From an uncultured Acidobacteriota bacterium (GTDB lineage: Bacteria; Acidobacteriota; UBA6911; RPQK01; JAPXNP01), in assembly GCA_963777605.1 (NCBI GenBank), contig CAVZRV010000006.1:96001-160000 (forward strand): a stretch of 64,000 nucleotides of DNA, given 5' to 3'. The notes under the pieces are model-generated. The model was not told where the DNA came from. It saw nothing but the letters and a program-made list of their open reading frames with translations, and ran no database searches. Shown one piece after another: positions 9,895 to 19,488 of this stretch; position 1 is the first letter of the stretch; each line of letters opens with the position of its first letter. The translations under genes and the position numbers were made by a program.

Positions 9895-11655
9895 TCAGGC
9901 TTGCCAGCCGTTGATGATGGTCTCCCGCAGGTCGAACCCGAACGAACGTTCCGAAACCACAATGATCGGGGCCGCCTGCATTCGTTTGTACACCGAACGG
10001 TTCAGGCTTTGGTAGAGTCTCGCGGCCAGCTCCGAGAATTGCTCGATCGAATACCTGGAATAGAGGGTTTCTCCAAAGGTGGCAGGGTTTAGCTTTCGTT
10101 TCCTGAAAAGCTCAATCATGTCGGCCGGACTGAGTCCGCGCTCAACGTAGGAACTGACCAACGGACCGACCACTTCATAGTCAAACGGGTCAACCTGGCC
10201 TTCACTCAGTTCGGCCGACGCCGGGATCTCAAAAATGTCCTCGGGGATCACCGGGCGCCCCCACTTCCGGTTGACGTACCGAGCAACGCGGTAGACATCG
10301 GGTTTGGAAAGGTCGCCTATGACGGCCAAACCTCCAACCATGTCCCCATAGAGGGTGGCGTACCCAAGCGCGATCTCCGTTTCATTGCCGTTGGTGAGCA
10401 GGAGCGCCTCCCGATCGTTGGACTCGGCCATCATGATCAGGCCGCGGACCCGCGCCTGCAGGTTCTCGATCGTCAGCGACTGCTCGACAGCATGGAGGTT
10501 TTCCTCGAAGTCGGAGACGATTCGATCAACCATCCGTTGGATCGGCACTACCTTGTACTCAAGCCCGAGGTTGCGCGCCAGTTCGCGAGCCGCCTGTTGA
10601 GTTCGGGACGAGTTGTAACGGGACGGAAGGTTGTAGAGGGTCAGCAGTTCAGGGCCCATGGCTTCGTAGGCGATAGCCGTCCCGAGAGCAGAGTCGATTC
10701 CTCCGGAGACCGCTTCGAGTACGCCCTTGAAAACCCCGACTTTGTAGTAGTAATCCCGGACACTCATCGCCAACGCCTGGAAGATCTCGGCCTCACGATT
10801 AAACTCGGGAGGTTCAACTCGGTCGGCCAATCCATCCTCGAAGACCACGGTAGACTGGTCTTCCTCGAAACTCTTCAGTGATGCCACCATTCGCCCGGAC
10901 CGGTCATAGGCACAACTCGCTCCATCGAACGGAAGCACGTTCTTACCGTTGTCCCCTGCACCGACCGTGTTCACCGAGATGATCGGGACGCCAATCCGGT
11001 CGATCTGCCGTCTTATCAGGGCTTCCCGCAAGAATCGCTTGCCGTCCCGGGCCCCGGGGTTGGAGCCGACAAATGGGCTGGCATTGATACAGAACAGGTA
11101 ATCGACGCCCTTTTCGTGGTAGATCCGGCAAGGCTTGAGATCGTACTGCTCGTCCCAGAGGTCTTCACAGATCAGAACCCCAACATGAACACTTCCCTCG
11201 GAGAACTCCAACTCGAGGGGTTCAATCTCGGTTCCAGGGCGAAAATAGCGCTTGTCGTCGAAGTAACGATAGGAAGGCAGCAACCGCTTGTAGACCACCT
11301 GCCGCGCCACTCCCTGGTGACAAATTGCAGCCGCGTTGTAGCGGACCGGATCCTGCCCGGGTCCCTGCTGCCCCTCCTCGAAGTCGACAAATCCGACGAC
11401 GGCCGCAACATCGGTGCACGCCGGAGCAATTTCCTCGAAAAGGATGCGGCGATTCTCTCGCAAGAACTGCCGATTGAGGAGCAGCTTTTCATCGAGGCAA
11501 TACCCCGTCAAGCACATCTCCGGAAGCACCACGACGTGAACCCCGGCCCTGCGCCCTTCCTCGATCGCGGCCAGGATCCGGTCCCGGTTTCCTCGAAGGT
11601 CGCCAGTCTTCGGGTTGATCTGGGCAATTGAAACTCTGATCCGCATTTTCGCCAT
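9895..11655 (-). CDS. nadE: Glutamine-dependent NAD+ synthetase
   Basis: Nitrilase-type domain (PEM, YKRLLP, ICEDLW) fused to a synthetase domain (SGGIDS, ENLQAR, GYATLYGD). Start is likely MAKMRIRV. Confidence 0.95.
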   Translation of the reverse strand: MAKMRIRVSIAQINPKTGDLRGNRDRILAAIEEGRRAGVHVVVLPEMCLTGYCLDEKLLLNRQFLRENRRILFEEIAPACTDVAAVVGFVDFEEGQQGPGQDPVRYNAAAICHQGVARQVVYKRLLPSYRYFDDKRYFRPGTEIEPLELEFSEGSVHVGVLICEDLWDEQYDLKPCRIYHEKGVDYLFCINASPFVGSNPGARDGKRFLREALIRRQIDRIGVPIISVNTVGAGDNGKNVLPFDGASCAYDRSGRMVASLKSFEEDQSTVVFEDGLADRVEPPEFNREAEIFQALAMSVRDYYYKVGVFKGVLEAVSGGIDSALGTAIAYEAMGPELLTLYNLPSRYNSSRTQQAARELARNLGLEYKVVPIQRMVDRIVSDFEENLHAVEQSLTIENLQARVRGLIMMAESNDREALLLTNGNETEIALGYATLYGDMVGGLAVIGDLSKPDVYRVARYVNRKWGRPVIPEDIFEIPASAELSEGQVDPFDYEVVGPLVSSYVERGLSPADMIELFRKRKLNPATFGETLYSRYSIEQFSELAARLYQSLNRSVYKRMQAAPIIVVSERSFGFDLRETIINGWQA

Positions 11656-11827
11656 CTTCCTCAAAGAGTACATCTTCCAACCGTATTCGCGCATCCGCGC
11701 GGAGGCTGCGAAACCACCGCCGAACGGTTCCCAAATCGTCATTGCCTTTCCCGCCTCCAGCGCCTAGGATTCTACCGACGAGGTGCTGGCCTGAAAGGAA
11801 ATCCACTGTCTTTGAGAATTCGCTGAG

Positions 11828-13120
11828 GTGCAAGTGAGCAACAGAACATCCTTTCCCCGCGTATTCTGGGTAGCAAATTCGATCGAAGTCCTGGAGCGCT
11901 TCTCTTACTACGGGATCTACTTCGGATTCGGTATCTACATGGCCTCCCTCGGGTTTTCAAAGGCCGACCTGGGGATCATCCAAAGTGTCTTTCTGCTCTT
12001 CTCCTACGCCGTTCCGGTGGTCTCTGGAACCCTGGCCGATCGCTATGGATTCAAGAAGGTTCTGATTGTTTCCTACATGGCCTATCTGCCCTCAATTCTC
12101 CTTTTGATCCTGACCCGATCCTTCTCGGGAATCGCCTTGACCATGTTGAGCATCGGACTGGCAGCGGGCATCTTCAAACCGCTGGTCTCGGGAACCGTCC
12201 GGGCCGTGACCGACAAGTCGAACAAGACCCTGGGATTCGGGATCTTCTACGCGATGGTCAACGTCGGCGGGACGTTCGGCCCCATCGTGGCCGGGAAGCT
12301 TCGCGCGATTTCCTGGAACTACGCCTTCATAGCGGCGGCGATTGCCATCTTCATGATGCTCGTCATCACAATCCTGTTCTACAAGGAACCGGAGCGGGAC
12401 ATCGAGCGGAGCACACTGGGCGAGAAGTTAAAGGAGATAGGGACTGTCCTCTCCGACGCGAAGTTCAGCGTCTTCCTGCTTCTGCTGGGAATCTTCTTCT
12501 GGCTTCCATTCTGGGCTTTTTTCAATCTCACGGCGATCTACGTAGATACCAACATCGACACGGCTCAACTCTATCTCACGATGAAGGGAATCTTCGGTAC
12601 CGGCTTTGCAGACTTCTTCTCTCATGACGAGGGAGGCGTCCGGAAGGTACTGGGAGAAACCATCTCCACTACCGGCTACATCATCATGATCCTTCAGGTT
12701 TTCGTTTCCCGAATCCTGGAGAAGTTCCAAGCCATCCCGTCCTTTCTCTTCGGCCTGTTTGTCTCCGCTGTCGGGTTCGTCGTTCTCGCCCTGGCCATCA
12801 ACTCGGTCCCGGCCCTGATCTTCCTTGGAATCTTCTTTTTCGCAATCGGTGAGATGATCTCGTCTCCACGGATCCAGGAGTACATCACGTGGATCGCGCC
12901 GAAGGAAAAAGCTGGCCTTTACATGGGCTCGAACTTCCTCGCCACCGGCCTGGGAGGGGCGACCAGCGGAGTCACCTACACCAGCCTTTACGGGTACTTC
13001 GACAACATGGGTCATCCTGAATACGTGTGGTTCACGCTTGCAGCCCACCTCCTCCTCGGAATCGTCGCGCTGACTCTCTATACCAGGATCGCCGGGGAAT
13101 TCCGGGAGCGAGAGGAGTAG
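11828..13120 (+). CDS. MFS transporter (POT/peptide-transporter-like)
   Basis: EVLERFSYYG (ExxERFxYY), GTLADRYG and FYAMVNVG motifs; about 12 TM segments; followed by a peptidase gene. Confidence 0.85.
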   Translation: MQVSNRTSFPRVFWVANSIEVLERFSYYGIYFGFGIYMASLGFSKADLGIIQSVFLLFSYAVPVVSGTLADRYGFKKVLIVSYMAYLPSILLLILTRSFSGIALTMLSIGLAAGIFKPLVSGTVRAVTDKSNKTLGFGIFYAMVNVGGTFGPIVAGKLRAISWNYAFIAAAIAIFMMLVITILFYKEPERDIERSTLGEKLKEIGTVLSDAKFSVFLLLLGIFFWLPFWAFFNLTAIYVDTNIDTAQLYLTMKGIFGTGFADFFSHDEGGVRKVLGETISTTGYIIMILQVFVSRILEKFQAIPSFLFGLFVSAVGFVVLALAINSVPALIFLGIFFFAIGEMISSPRIQEYITWIAPKEKAGLYMGSNFLATGLGGATSGVTYTSLYGYFDNMGHPEYVWFTLAAHLLLGIVALTLYTRIAGEFREREE

Positions 13121-13224
13121 CCCGGTCCAGGTCGAACACCCAAACGAGAATCCGTGGCAGGATGGACATAACCCGGGCAAATCAAGTCCCGGACCGTGCT
13201 CCGGCCACAGTAAGGTAGATCGAT

Positions 13225-14423
13225 ATGGCCAAAGAACTCATCCGGCAGAAACTGGAACAGGCGGCAGAGATTCTACGAGGAATGCGGCATCGACTGCTGG
13301 CTGACTTTCGTCAGAGAGACCGCGGTGACAAGCGACCCGATGCTTGCGTTTCTCACCCCCGGCCACCTCACGTGGCACTCTGCGATCTTCGTGACGGCTC
13401 GTGGTGACAAGATAGCCATCGTCGGAAGCCTCGACCAGCGAGCAATCGAAGACCTCCAGCTCTACGATCCGGTCATCGGGTACGTCGAAGGCATCGGCAC
13501 TTCCTTCAGGGAAGTCATTCGGAAGCTGGAGCCCCGAACGCTGGCAGTGAACTTCTCCAAGGAAAGCGAAATCGCCGACGGCCTCACTCATGGAATGTTC
13601 CTTCAGCTCGAGGACCTCCTCGCCTCGGCGGGATTCGCCGGAAAACTGATTTCCGCGGAGCCGGTCATCTCGAGTATACGGGCCCGGAAAACCCCCTATG
13701 AACTGGAACGGATCCAGCTGGCCATCGACGAAAGCCTTGACATTTTCGAGCAGGTCAAAGGCCTGCTTCGGCCCGGGATCAGCGAAACCGCCATCGCCGA
13801 CTTCGTTCACGCCCAAGCCCGGGCGCGCCACCGCGAAACGGCCTGGGATCCGTCCCAGTGCCCGGCAGTCTTTACCGGTCCGGACACTGCGGAAGCCCAC
13901 TATCAACCGACTGAACGCCTGGTTGAAGCAGGGCATGTCGTCAATATGGACTTCGGCCTCAAGGTCGATGGCTACTGTTCCGACCTGCAGCGCACCTACT
14001 ACGTTCCCGACCATCCTGAGGGCGACGTCCCCGACCCAGTGCAGCGTGGCTTCGACACGATCGTGACAAGTATCGAAAAGGCTCGCCTGGCGATGCGCCC
14101 GGGCGTTCGTGGATTCGAAATCGATGCCGTCGCGCGCGACCACATCTGCGCGACCGGCTATGAGTCATTCCCCCACGCGCTGGGACACCAGGTGGGACGC
14201 TTTGCTCACGACGGCACGGCGCTGCTCGGACCCACCTGGGAGAAGTACGCCACGAAACCGAACCATCCGCTCGAGGCCGGGAATGGTGTTTACGCTGGAG
14301 CCCCGCCTCAAGGTCCCCGGCCGTGGTACGGTTACCATCGAAGAGATGGTCGTGGTGACCGAAAGTGGTGCCGAATTCCTTTCAAACCCCCAGAAACAGT
14401 TATGGACCAGCGATTTCACTTGA
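13225..14423 (+). CDS. M24 Xaa-Pro aminopeptidase, with two apparent +1 frameshifts (~13280 and ~14280)
   Basis: DFGLKVDGYCSD and HALGHQVG...HD motifs, then MVFTLEP and IEEMVVVT in the shifted frame. The N-terminus MAKELIRQKLEQA joins CGIDCWLTFVRET. Confidence 0.88.
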
Positions 14424-14480
14424 CTTTAGACTTAATCTATGGATTCTTAGTTGTGACAAAATTGAGCCTGGGACCTGACT

Positions 14481-14888
14481 GTGAAGTACTTTTTCAAGGA
14501 CATTAATGAGACGGCGAGCATCGAACGCCTGGAAGGCGCGGAAGAACTCTTCCGACTCCGCTACACCAACCAGTTCTATGGGAACTGCGCCCTTCGTCTC
14601 CACCTGAGCCGGAAGACGGACGGTCAGATCCACGTTCACCGCCCGTCGATGCAGGTCGAAGCCAGTGACGTTAAGAAAGGGGATCTGAACTCCCTGATCA
14701 CGGTTTCACTCAGGTTCCTGACTCAAAAACTGGCGCAACATCCTGAGATTCTTCGTGGTGAACGCACCCAAGCCAGATCAGGCGTATTGGCCAGGTTACG
14801 ATCGTGGTGCGGACTCGCGCAACCGGCTCCGAAAACGACCGTCTACGAGAAGGAGCGGTCCCCGCTCCGCAAGACCGGTACTGCTTAG
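14481..14888 (+). CDS. Hypothetical protein
   Basis: 135 aa ORF with a GTG start filling the gap; no recognised motif. Confidence 0.5.
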   Translation: MKYFFKDINETASIERLEGAEELFRLRYTNQFYGNCALRLHLSRKTDGQIHVHRPSMQVEASDVKKGDLNSLITVSLRFLTQKLAQHPEILRGERTQARSGVLARLRSWCGLAQPAPKTTVYEKERSPLRKTGTA

Positions 14889-15099
14889 ATAGCCCCGCCT
14901 CCTCCGTCTCTCCACAAGTACTCACGAGAACTGAGAACTCTTGCTGGGTGAGCCCATGAAGGAATAAGGCCGTTGATCTTCGCCCTTGCCGGGCAAAACC
15001 TTTGAGTTCCGGAAGAGAGATAGTGAGGATTCCCCAAGCCGGCATCGCGGGAGCTGTTGCTGGTTCAACTCCCGCGATATCGCTACCCGATCGGGAAGA

Positions 15100-16056
15100 T
15101 CAGGGCACGCCCAGTTCCTTCTTGGCAGCGTTGATGAACTTGTTTGCGTTCGATGTGTTTCCGTACCGAGTCTTGAGGAGCGTGTAGAGCTGCTGCCGCG
15201 CCTCCCGCGCGCTCTGCCCGTTCAACGCCACGGTTCGTGCATACCCGAGGATGGCGTCGTCCATCCGGCCGTTCCTCCAGCAGCATTCGGCCAGTCGGAA
15301 CTGCCCGAAGTCGTCCTTCGGATCGAGCCTGACAGCCTCCTTGAAATTCTTGTATGCGGTCGAAAAATCACCCAACCGGTGGGCATTTTCACCAATCGCG
15401 CGGTAAGCGAATGCGCGAGTCGCGTTGGTCTCGGGGTCCTCTTTGTCGCCCATGGCGGCGAGCAGTTGTTCCCCTCGCTTGGCTGCTCCGGCGAAGTTAT
15501 TCGATTGCCAGTCGGTAAAGACCAGCAGTTTGAGCACGTCAATATTCTTCGGTTCATGCTTGAGTGCCCGCTCCGCCCACTTCTCCGTGTTCGGGTAGTC
15601 CTTCATCCCGTAGTACGCCGTCATCAAAAGGTAGGCGGTCGCACCCGACGGAGCCTGCGAGTAGAGTTTGGTCCCGAACTCGATCAACTTGGCCGGTTGC
15701 CCCAGCTTCTGATAAGCCTCGGTGGCCATGGCAGCCGCCGTGCCGTCAGATGGCCGGTACCGCAGGTATTGTTCGGCGGCGGTGGCCAACTGAGCCCACC
15801 GCCCACTCTGCTTCAGGCTGCCCAGGTATTCCCCGTAGAGGTATGCCACGTTCGGGTCAAGTGCAGAGGACTTAAATTTCTGGACGAATTGCAGCGCCAG
15901 ATCTTTCTGCTTGGCGGCATTGGTTTCGGATGCGGCCTGCTGATAGAGCGCGTACTCCTCAGCATAGGTAGGGCTCTGTTCTTGAGCCAGGACCATGGCC
16001 GAAACGCAGCAGGCCAGGATCATCAAGAGAGACAGTTTCCGATAGGTAGAGTGCAT
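15100..16056 (-). CDS. Exported TPR-repeat protein
   Basis: Signal peptide (…SAMVLA/QEQ) and TPR-like helical repeats (AYKNFKEAVRLDPKD, AILGYARTVAL); GGAGG SD before ATG 16056. Confidence 0.8.
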   Translation of the reverse strand: MHSTYRKLSLLMILACCVSAMVLAQEQSPTYAEEYALYQQAASETNAAKQKDLALQFVQKFKSSALDPNVAYLYGEYLGSLKQSGRWAQLATAAEQYLRYRPSDGTAAAMATEAYQKLGQPAKLIEFGTKLYSQAPSGATAYLLMTAYYGMKDYPNTEKWAERALKHEPKNIDVLKLLVFTDWQSNNFAGAAKRGEQLLAAMGDKEDPETNATRAFAYRAIGENAHRLGDFSTAYKNFKEAVRLDPKDDFGQFRLAECCWRNGRMDDAILGYARTVALNGQSAREARQQLYTLLKTRYGNTSNANKFINAAKKELGVP

Positions 16057-16509
16057 CGATCCTCCTTCCGACCGCCTTTCGCGATCAATCACCTTCGCAC
16101 AACCCGGCGAGCCAGGGCCTGATCGATCGGTCTCCGATGCCCAACACCGCGACCGAACGATCTCAAGATCCCTCCTTAAAGCGGCGACCTCATCGCTTCA
16201 AAAAAACGCGCCAAGCCCGCCAGGTCAGGCACCGGTTTCAAGTTTACTCCTGAAGAAAGAGAAAGCCCATCCGAAACCGCTTTGAGGAGGTCCAAATCTC
16301 CAAATTTCCGCTCCGGGAGTCATTGATTTTTGAGGCAATCGAGACTAAAGTGACGTTCGGGTATTCCGAAAGAGGCTTTTGATTAGGCGAAGGAGTGTTA
16401 ACACATGCTCGTATGCTCATACGGTTCGGAAGACCGAGTCGGATTCGAGGATTCGATCCTTCTTCGCCTTTTTGTCATTTCTCCATTCCACTTCACTTAG
16501 GAGGATTCC

Positions 16510-17841
16510 ATGTCGCGACTTAAAGAGAAACTGCATGACAAGATTGTCGAGGGTCGAGATCGGGTAACAAAGCTGCTCAAAGAATCGGGGAACGTCAAGA
16601 TCAGTGACGTCACGATTGCCCAGGCGATTGGTGGAATGCGAGGCGTTAAATGCCTGGTTACCGACATCTCCTACCTCGACCCGGAAGAAGGCATCCGTTT
16701 TCGCGGCTACACAATTCCGGAGACCCTGGCCCAGCTGCCGAAGGTGCCGGGCTGCGAGATGCCTTACGTGGAAGGCCACCTCTACCTGCTCTTGACCGGC
16801 GAAATGCCCGGGGAGGAAGACGTTCAGGAAGTCGTCCAGGAGTTTAAGTCGCGCCGCGCCGTGCCCCAGTACGTTTTGGATATCTTGCGTGCCATGCCGC
16901 GCGACAGCCACCCGATGACAATGTTCTCGGTGGCGATCGACGCCATGCAGAGGGAATCTGAATACGTGCGGCAGTACCAGAAGGGCATCAGCAAGTTCGA
17001 CTACTGGGACTCCACCTACGAGGACGGGCTCAACCTGCTGGCCAAGCTGCCCCAGATTGCGGCTTACATCTTTCGAATGAAGTATCGGGGCGATACTATC
17101 ATTCCGTCCGATCCGAACCTGGATATGGGCGGTAATTTCGCTCACATGATGGGAATCCAGAAGCCCTATGACGACGTGTCCCGCCTCTACTTCATTCTCC
17201 ACAGTGATCACGAGAGCGGCAACGTCAGCGCCCACACCGGACACCTCGTCTCCAGCGCCCTTTCCGACATGTATTACTCCATTTCCAGCATGATCAATGG
17301 CCTGGCTGGACCTCTCCACGGCCTGGCCTGCCAGGAAGTGCTCCGCTGGATCCAGGGAGTCATGGAGAAGATGGGTGGAAAGATCCCGACCGAAGAAGAG
17401 ATGCGTGAGTTTGTCTGGGATACGCTCAACTCCGGCCAGGTCGTACCCGGCTTCGGTCACGCCGTTCTGCGCAAGACCGATCCGCGTTACCAGGCCCAGC
17501 GGGAGTTCTGTCTGAAGCACCTGCCTGACGATCTGACCTTCAAGTACGTCAATCTCCTCTTCAACGTGGTCCCACCGGTACTCCGGGAACAGGGCAAGGC
17601 CAAGAACCCATGGCCGAACGTCGATGCCCAGTCCGGCGTCATACAGTGGCACTACGGAGTCCAGGAGTACGATTTCTACACCGTCCTGTTCGGCATTGGC
17701 CGGGCTCTGGGAGTCGTCAGTAACATCATCTGGGATCGCGCCCTCGGTTACCCGATCGAGCGGCCCAAGTCCCTCACCATGGCCATGCTCGAAGAGATGG
17801 CCAGGCAGGCTGCCGGCAAAGAGACAACCGGCGTCCGCTAG
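16510..17841 (+). CDS. gltA: Citrate (Si)-synthase, eukaryotic-like type
   Basis: GGMRG, EGIRFRG, HSDHESGNVSAH, GLAGPLHGLA, PGFGHAVLRKTDPR, WPNVDA and ERPKS motifs; AGGAGG SD. Confidence 0.95.
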   Translation: MSRLKEKLHDKIVEGRDRVTKLLKESGNVKISDVTIAQAIGGMRGVKCLVTDISYLDPEEGIRFRGYTIPETLAQLPKVPGCEMPYVEGHLYLLLTGEMPGEEDVQEVVQEFKSRRAVPQYVLDILRAMPRDSHPMTMFSVAIDAMQRESEYVRQYQKGISKFDYWDSTYEDGLNLLAKLPQIAAYIFRMKYRGDTIIPSDPNLDMGGNFAHMMGIQKPYDDVSRLYFILHSDHESGNVSAHTGHLVSSALSDMYYSISSMINGLAGPLHGLACQEVLRWIQGVMEKMGGKIPTEEEMREFVWDTLNSGQVVPGFGHAVLRKTDPRYQAQREFCLKHLPDDLTFKYVNLLFNVVPPVLREQGKAKNPWPNVDAQSGVIQWHYGVQEYDFYTVLFGIGRALGVVSNIIWDRALGYPIERPKSLTMAMLEEMARQAAGKETTGVR

Positions 17842-17880
17842 AGAATCACACCCGAATCTTTCTGTTTCGGTGAAGAAGGC

Positions 17881-17912
17881 AGGGCGGCTTCCCACGAAGC
17901 CGCCCTTTTTTT
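17881..17912 (+). terminator. Rho-independent terminator after citrate synthase
   Basis: AGGGCGGCTTC-ccac-GAAGCCGCCCT followed by a T run. Confidence 0.85.
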
Positions 17913-18022
17913 CGCCCGCCCTCTTCCTTTTCGACGGAGTGACACAGGTGTCCGCGACGGTGATCAGGGAGTAGAACCCCTTATTGCTCCCATCGTCACG
18001 GCCGGGGACGGCCGTGCCACAG

Positions 18023-18051
18023 TTGAAATCATGCAACCATTTGCATACTCT
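18023..18051 (+). promoter_or_regulatory. Putative sigma70 promoter with a palindrome in the spacer
   Basis: TTGAAA-17 nt-TACTCT, with ATGCAA-ccat-TTGCAT at 18031-18046. Confidence 0.35.
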
Positions 18052-18111
18052 TTTCGTTAATTATTCCAACCTGGGTTTCCTAACAGTTCACATTAATCGA
18101 GGAGGTGCTGT

Positions 18112-18723
18112 TTGCGCCATATCCATGATGCAATCATGTATCGAGTCCTGGTTGTGTTCCTTGGAGTCGTCGGGGCAGTTCTGTTCTTGGACGGGTCATC
18201 CCTTTTTTCGCAGTCGGGCGTGGTTCAACCAAGCGAGCGGGTCCAGAAGGGTGCCTACCTCGTCACGCTCAGCGGTTGCAACGACTGCCACAGCCCCAAG
18301 GTGTTCACCGACAAGGGGCCGGAACCCGACCCGACACGCCTCCTGGCGGGGCATCCTGCCGGAAGCCCGATGCCTGAAATCGACTTCGACCGGATTTCCC
18401 CAGCCGGATGGGTACTGCTCAGCAACGATCTGACCGCCGCGGTCGGGCCCTGGGGCATCACTTACGCCGCCAACCTCACGTCCGACGAAGAGACCGGCAT
18501 TGGACGGTGGACGGAGGAGGCTTTCATCGCCACCATGCGGAGTGGCCTGCACTGGGGAGTGGGTCCTGCGATCCTTCCACCCATGCCGTGGCAGAACCTG
18601 GGCCAGGCGTCCGACGACGATTTGAAGGCCATCTTCGCCTACCTGAAATCTACTCACCCGGTGCACAACCCGGTACCGGCGCCAATGTCGTTGGAAGAGC
18701 TGAAAGCGAGTCGGAGGAAGTAG
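18112..18723 (+). CDS. Exported c-type cytochrome (single CxxCH)
   Basis: RGxYL-like QKGAYLV, CNDCHSP, ANLTSDEETGIG and LPPMPW (distal Met); hydrophobic N-terminus; GGAGGT SD before TTG 18112 (alternative ATG 18136). Confidence 0.85.
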   Translation: MRHIHDAIMYRVLVVFLGVVGAVLFLDGSSLFSQSGVVQPSERVQKGAYLVTLSGCNDCHSPKVFTDKGPEPDPTRLLAGHPAGSPMPEIDFDRISPAGWVLLSNDLTAAVGPWGITYAANLTSDEETGIGRWTEEAFIATMRSGLHWGVGPAILPPMPWQNLGQASDDDLKAIFAYLKSTHPVHNPVPAPMSLEELKASRRK

Positions 18724-18729
18724 GCTTCA

Positions 18730-18792
18730 AGGTTTCGGGTTGCGGTCGGCGGCCCGTCCAGTGGGACCCCGAAACCCGAAACCTCGGAACCC
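18730..18792. repeat. Inverted repeat built from 7-nt CCGAAAC units between convergent genes
   Basis: AGGTTTCGGGTTGCGG (18730-18745) pairs with CCGAAACCCGAAACCT (18769-18784) with one mismatch; a degenerate third unit follows. Confidence 0.55.
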
Positions 18793-18803
18793 GGGGCCGC
18801 GGG

Positions 18804-19421
18804 CTACTTCCCAGGCCAGCTGCCGAGAACTTCGATCCAGTCCACTCTCGACGATGCCGGCGTCAGGCCACCAGGCATCAGGTCAGTGAATCCGACTTCG
18901 AGAACCCGGTTCAGAGCAGGGTCTTTCTGCCAGTCCTCTTCGGTCACTCGCTCGATATTCAGCTTTCGCCAGTGAACGTCCCGCAGGTTGACCTCCCAGA
19001 TGTGCCAGTCAGCAGTTGTCCCATCGAACTTGTCGCTCACCAGCCAGGTTCCATCCTCGAGCCTTACGATCACACGAAGATCACGGAAGCCGGACTGCCT
19101 TGAACGCCACCGGACAACGGCGTCTCCGGACAGGTTCAGGGCCCCGCGCTTGTGCCGGAGGGTCACCGCCCAGTTTCCGGGGCAGACACCGGACCAGACG
19201 TAGTAAGGATCATTTTCGATCCAATCATGATGGCTCTTCTTGATGCCGGCAAAACCCGGCCCGTAAAGGCCCACTGTGAGATCGGGGTTGGCGACGTGAT
19301 TCTGACCCAGGGGAATCTCAGCCGGAGTCTCTTTCCAGTCCTCGCGAAACAGCAGTTCCGGCGCGGCCTCGACCAACGATGATAATGGCAATGAAAGGAG
19401 CAGCAGGATAAGGATCCTCAT
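18804..19421 (-). CDS. Exported hypothetical protein (Trp-rich, beta-sandwich-like)
   Basis: Signal peptide MRILILLLLSLPLSSLVEA, then LLFREDWKE...GFTDLMPGG...SRVDWIEV. Confidence 0.75.
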   Translation of the reverse strand: MRILILLLLSLPLSSLVEAAPELLFREDWKETPAEIPLGQNHVANPDLTVGLYGPGFAGIKKSHHDWIENDPYYVWSGVCPGNWAVTLRHKRGALNLSGDAVVRWRSRQSGFRDLRVIVRLEDGTWLVSDKFDGTTADWHIWEVNLRDVHWRKLNIERVTEEDWQKDPALNRVLEVGFTDLMPGGLTPASSRVDWIEVLGSWPGK

Positions 19422-19488
19422 GGCAGAATCATAGCGTGGCCGCATCAATCGAGCAATTGACTAATCATCAGGATCGGACAAGACTCAA

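Noticed and set aside
16417-18036. Long antisense ORFs (this one, also 14986..16122, 42989..44011, 50080..51201 and others)
   Set aside because: Shadow ORFs opposite well-supported genes, expected in GC-rich DNA; no protein motifs.
18112-18723. Diheme cytochrome call
   Set aside because: Only one CxxCH motif is present.
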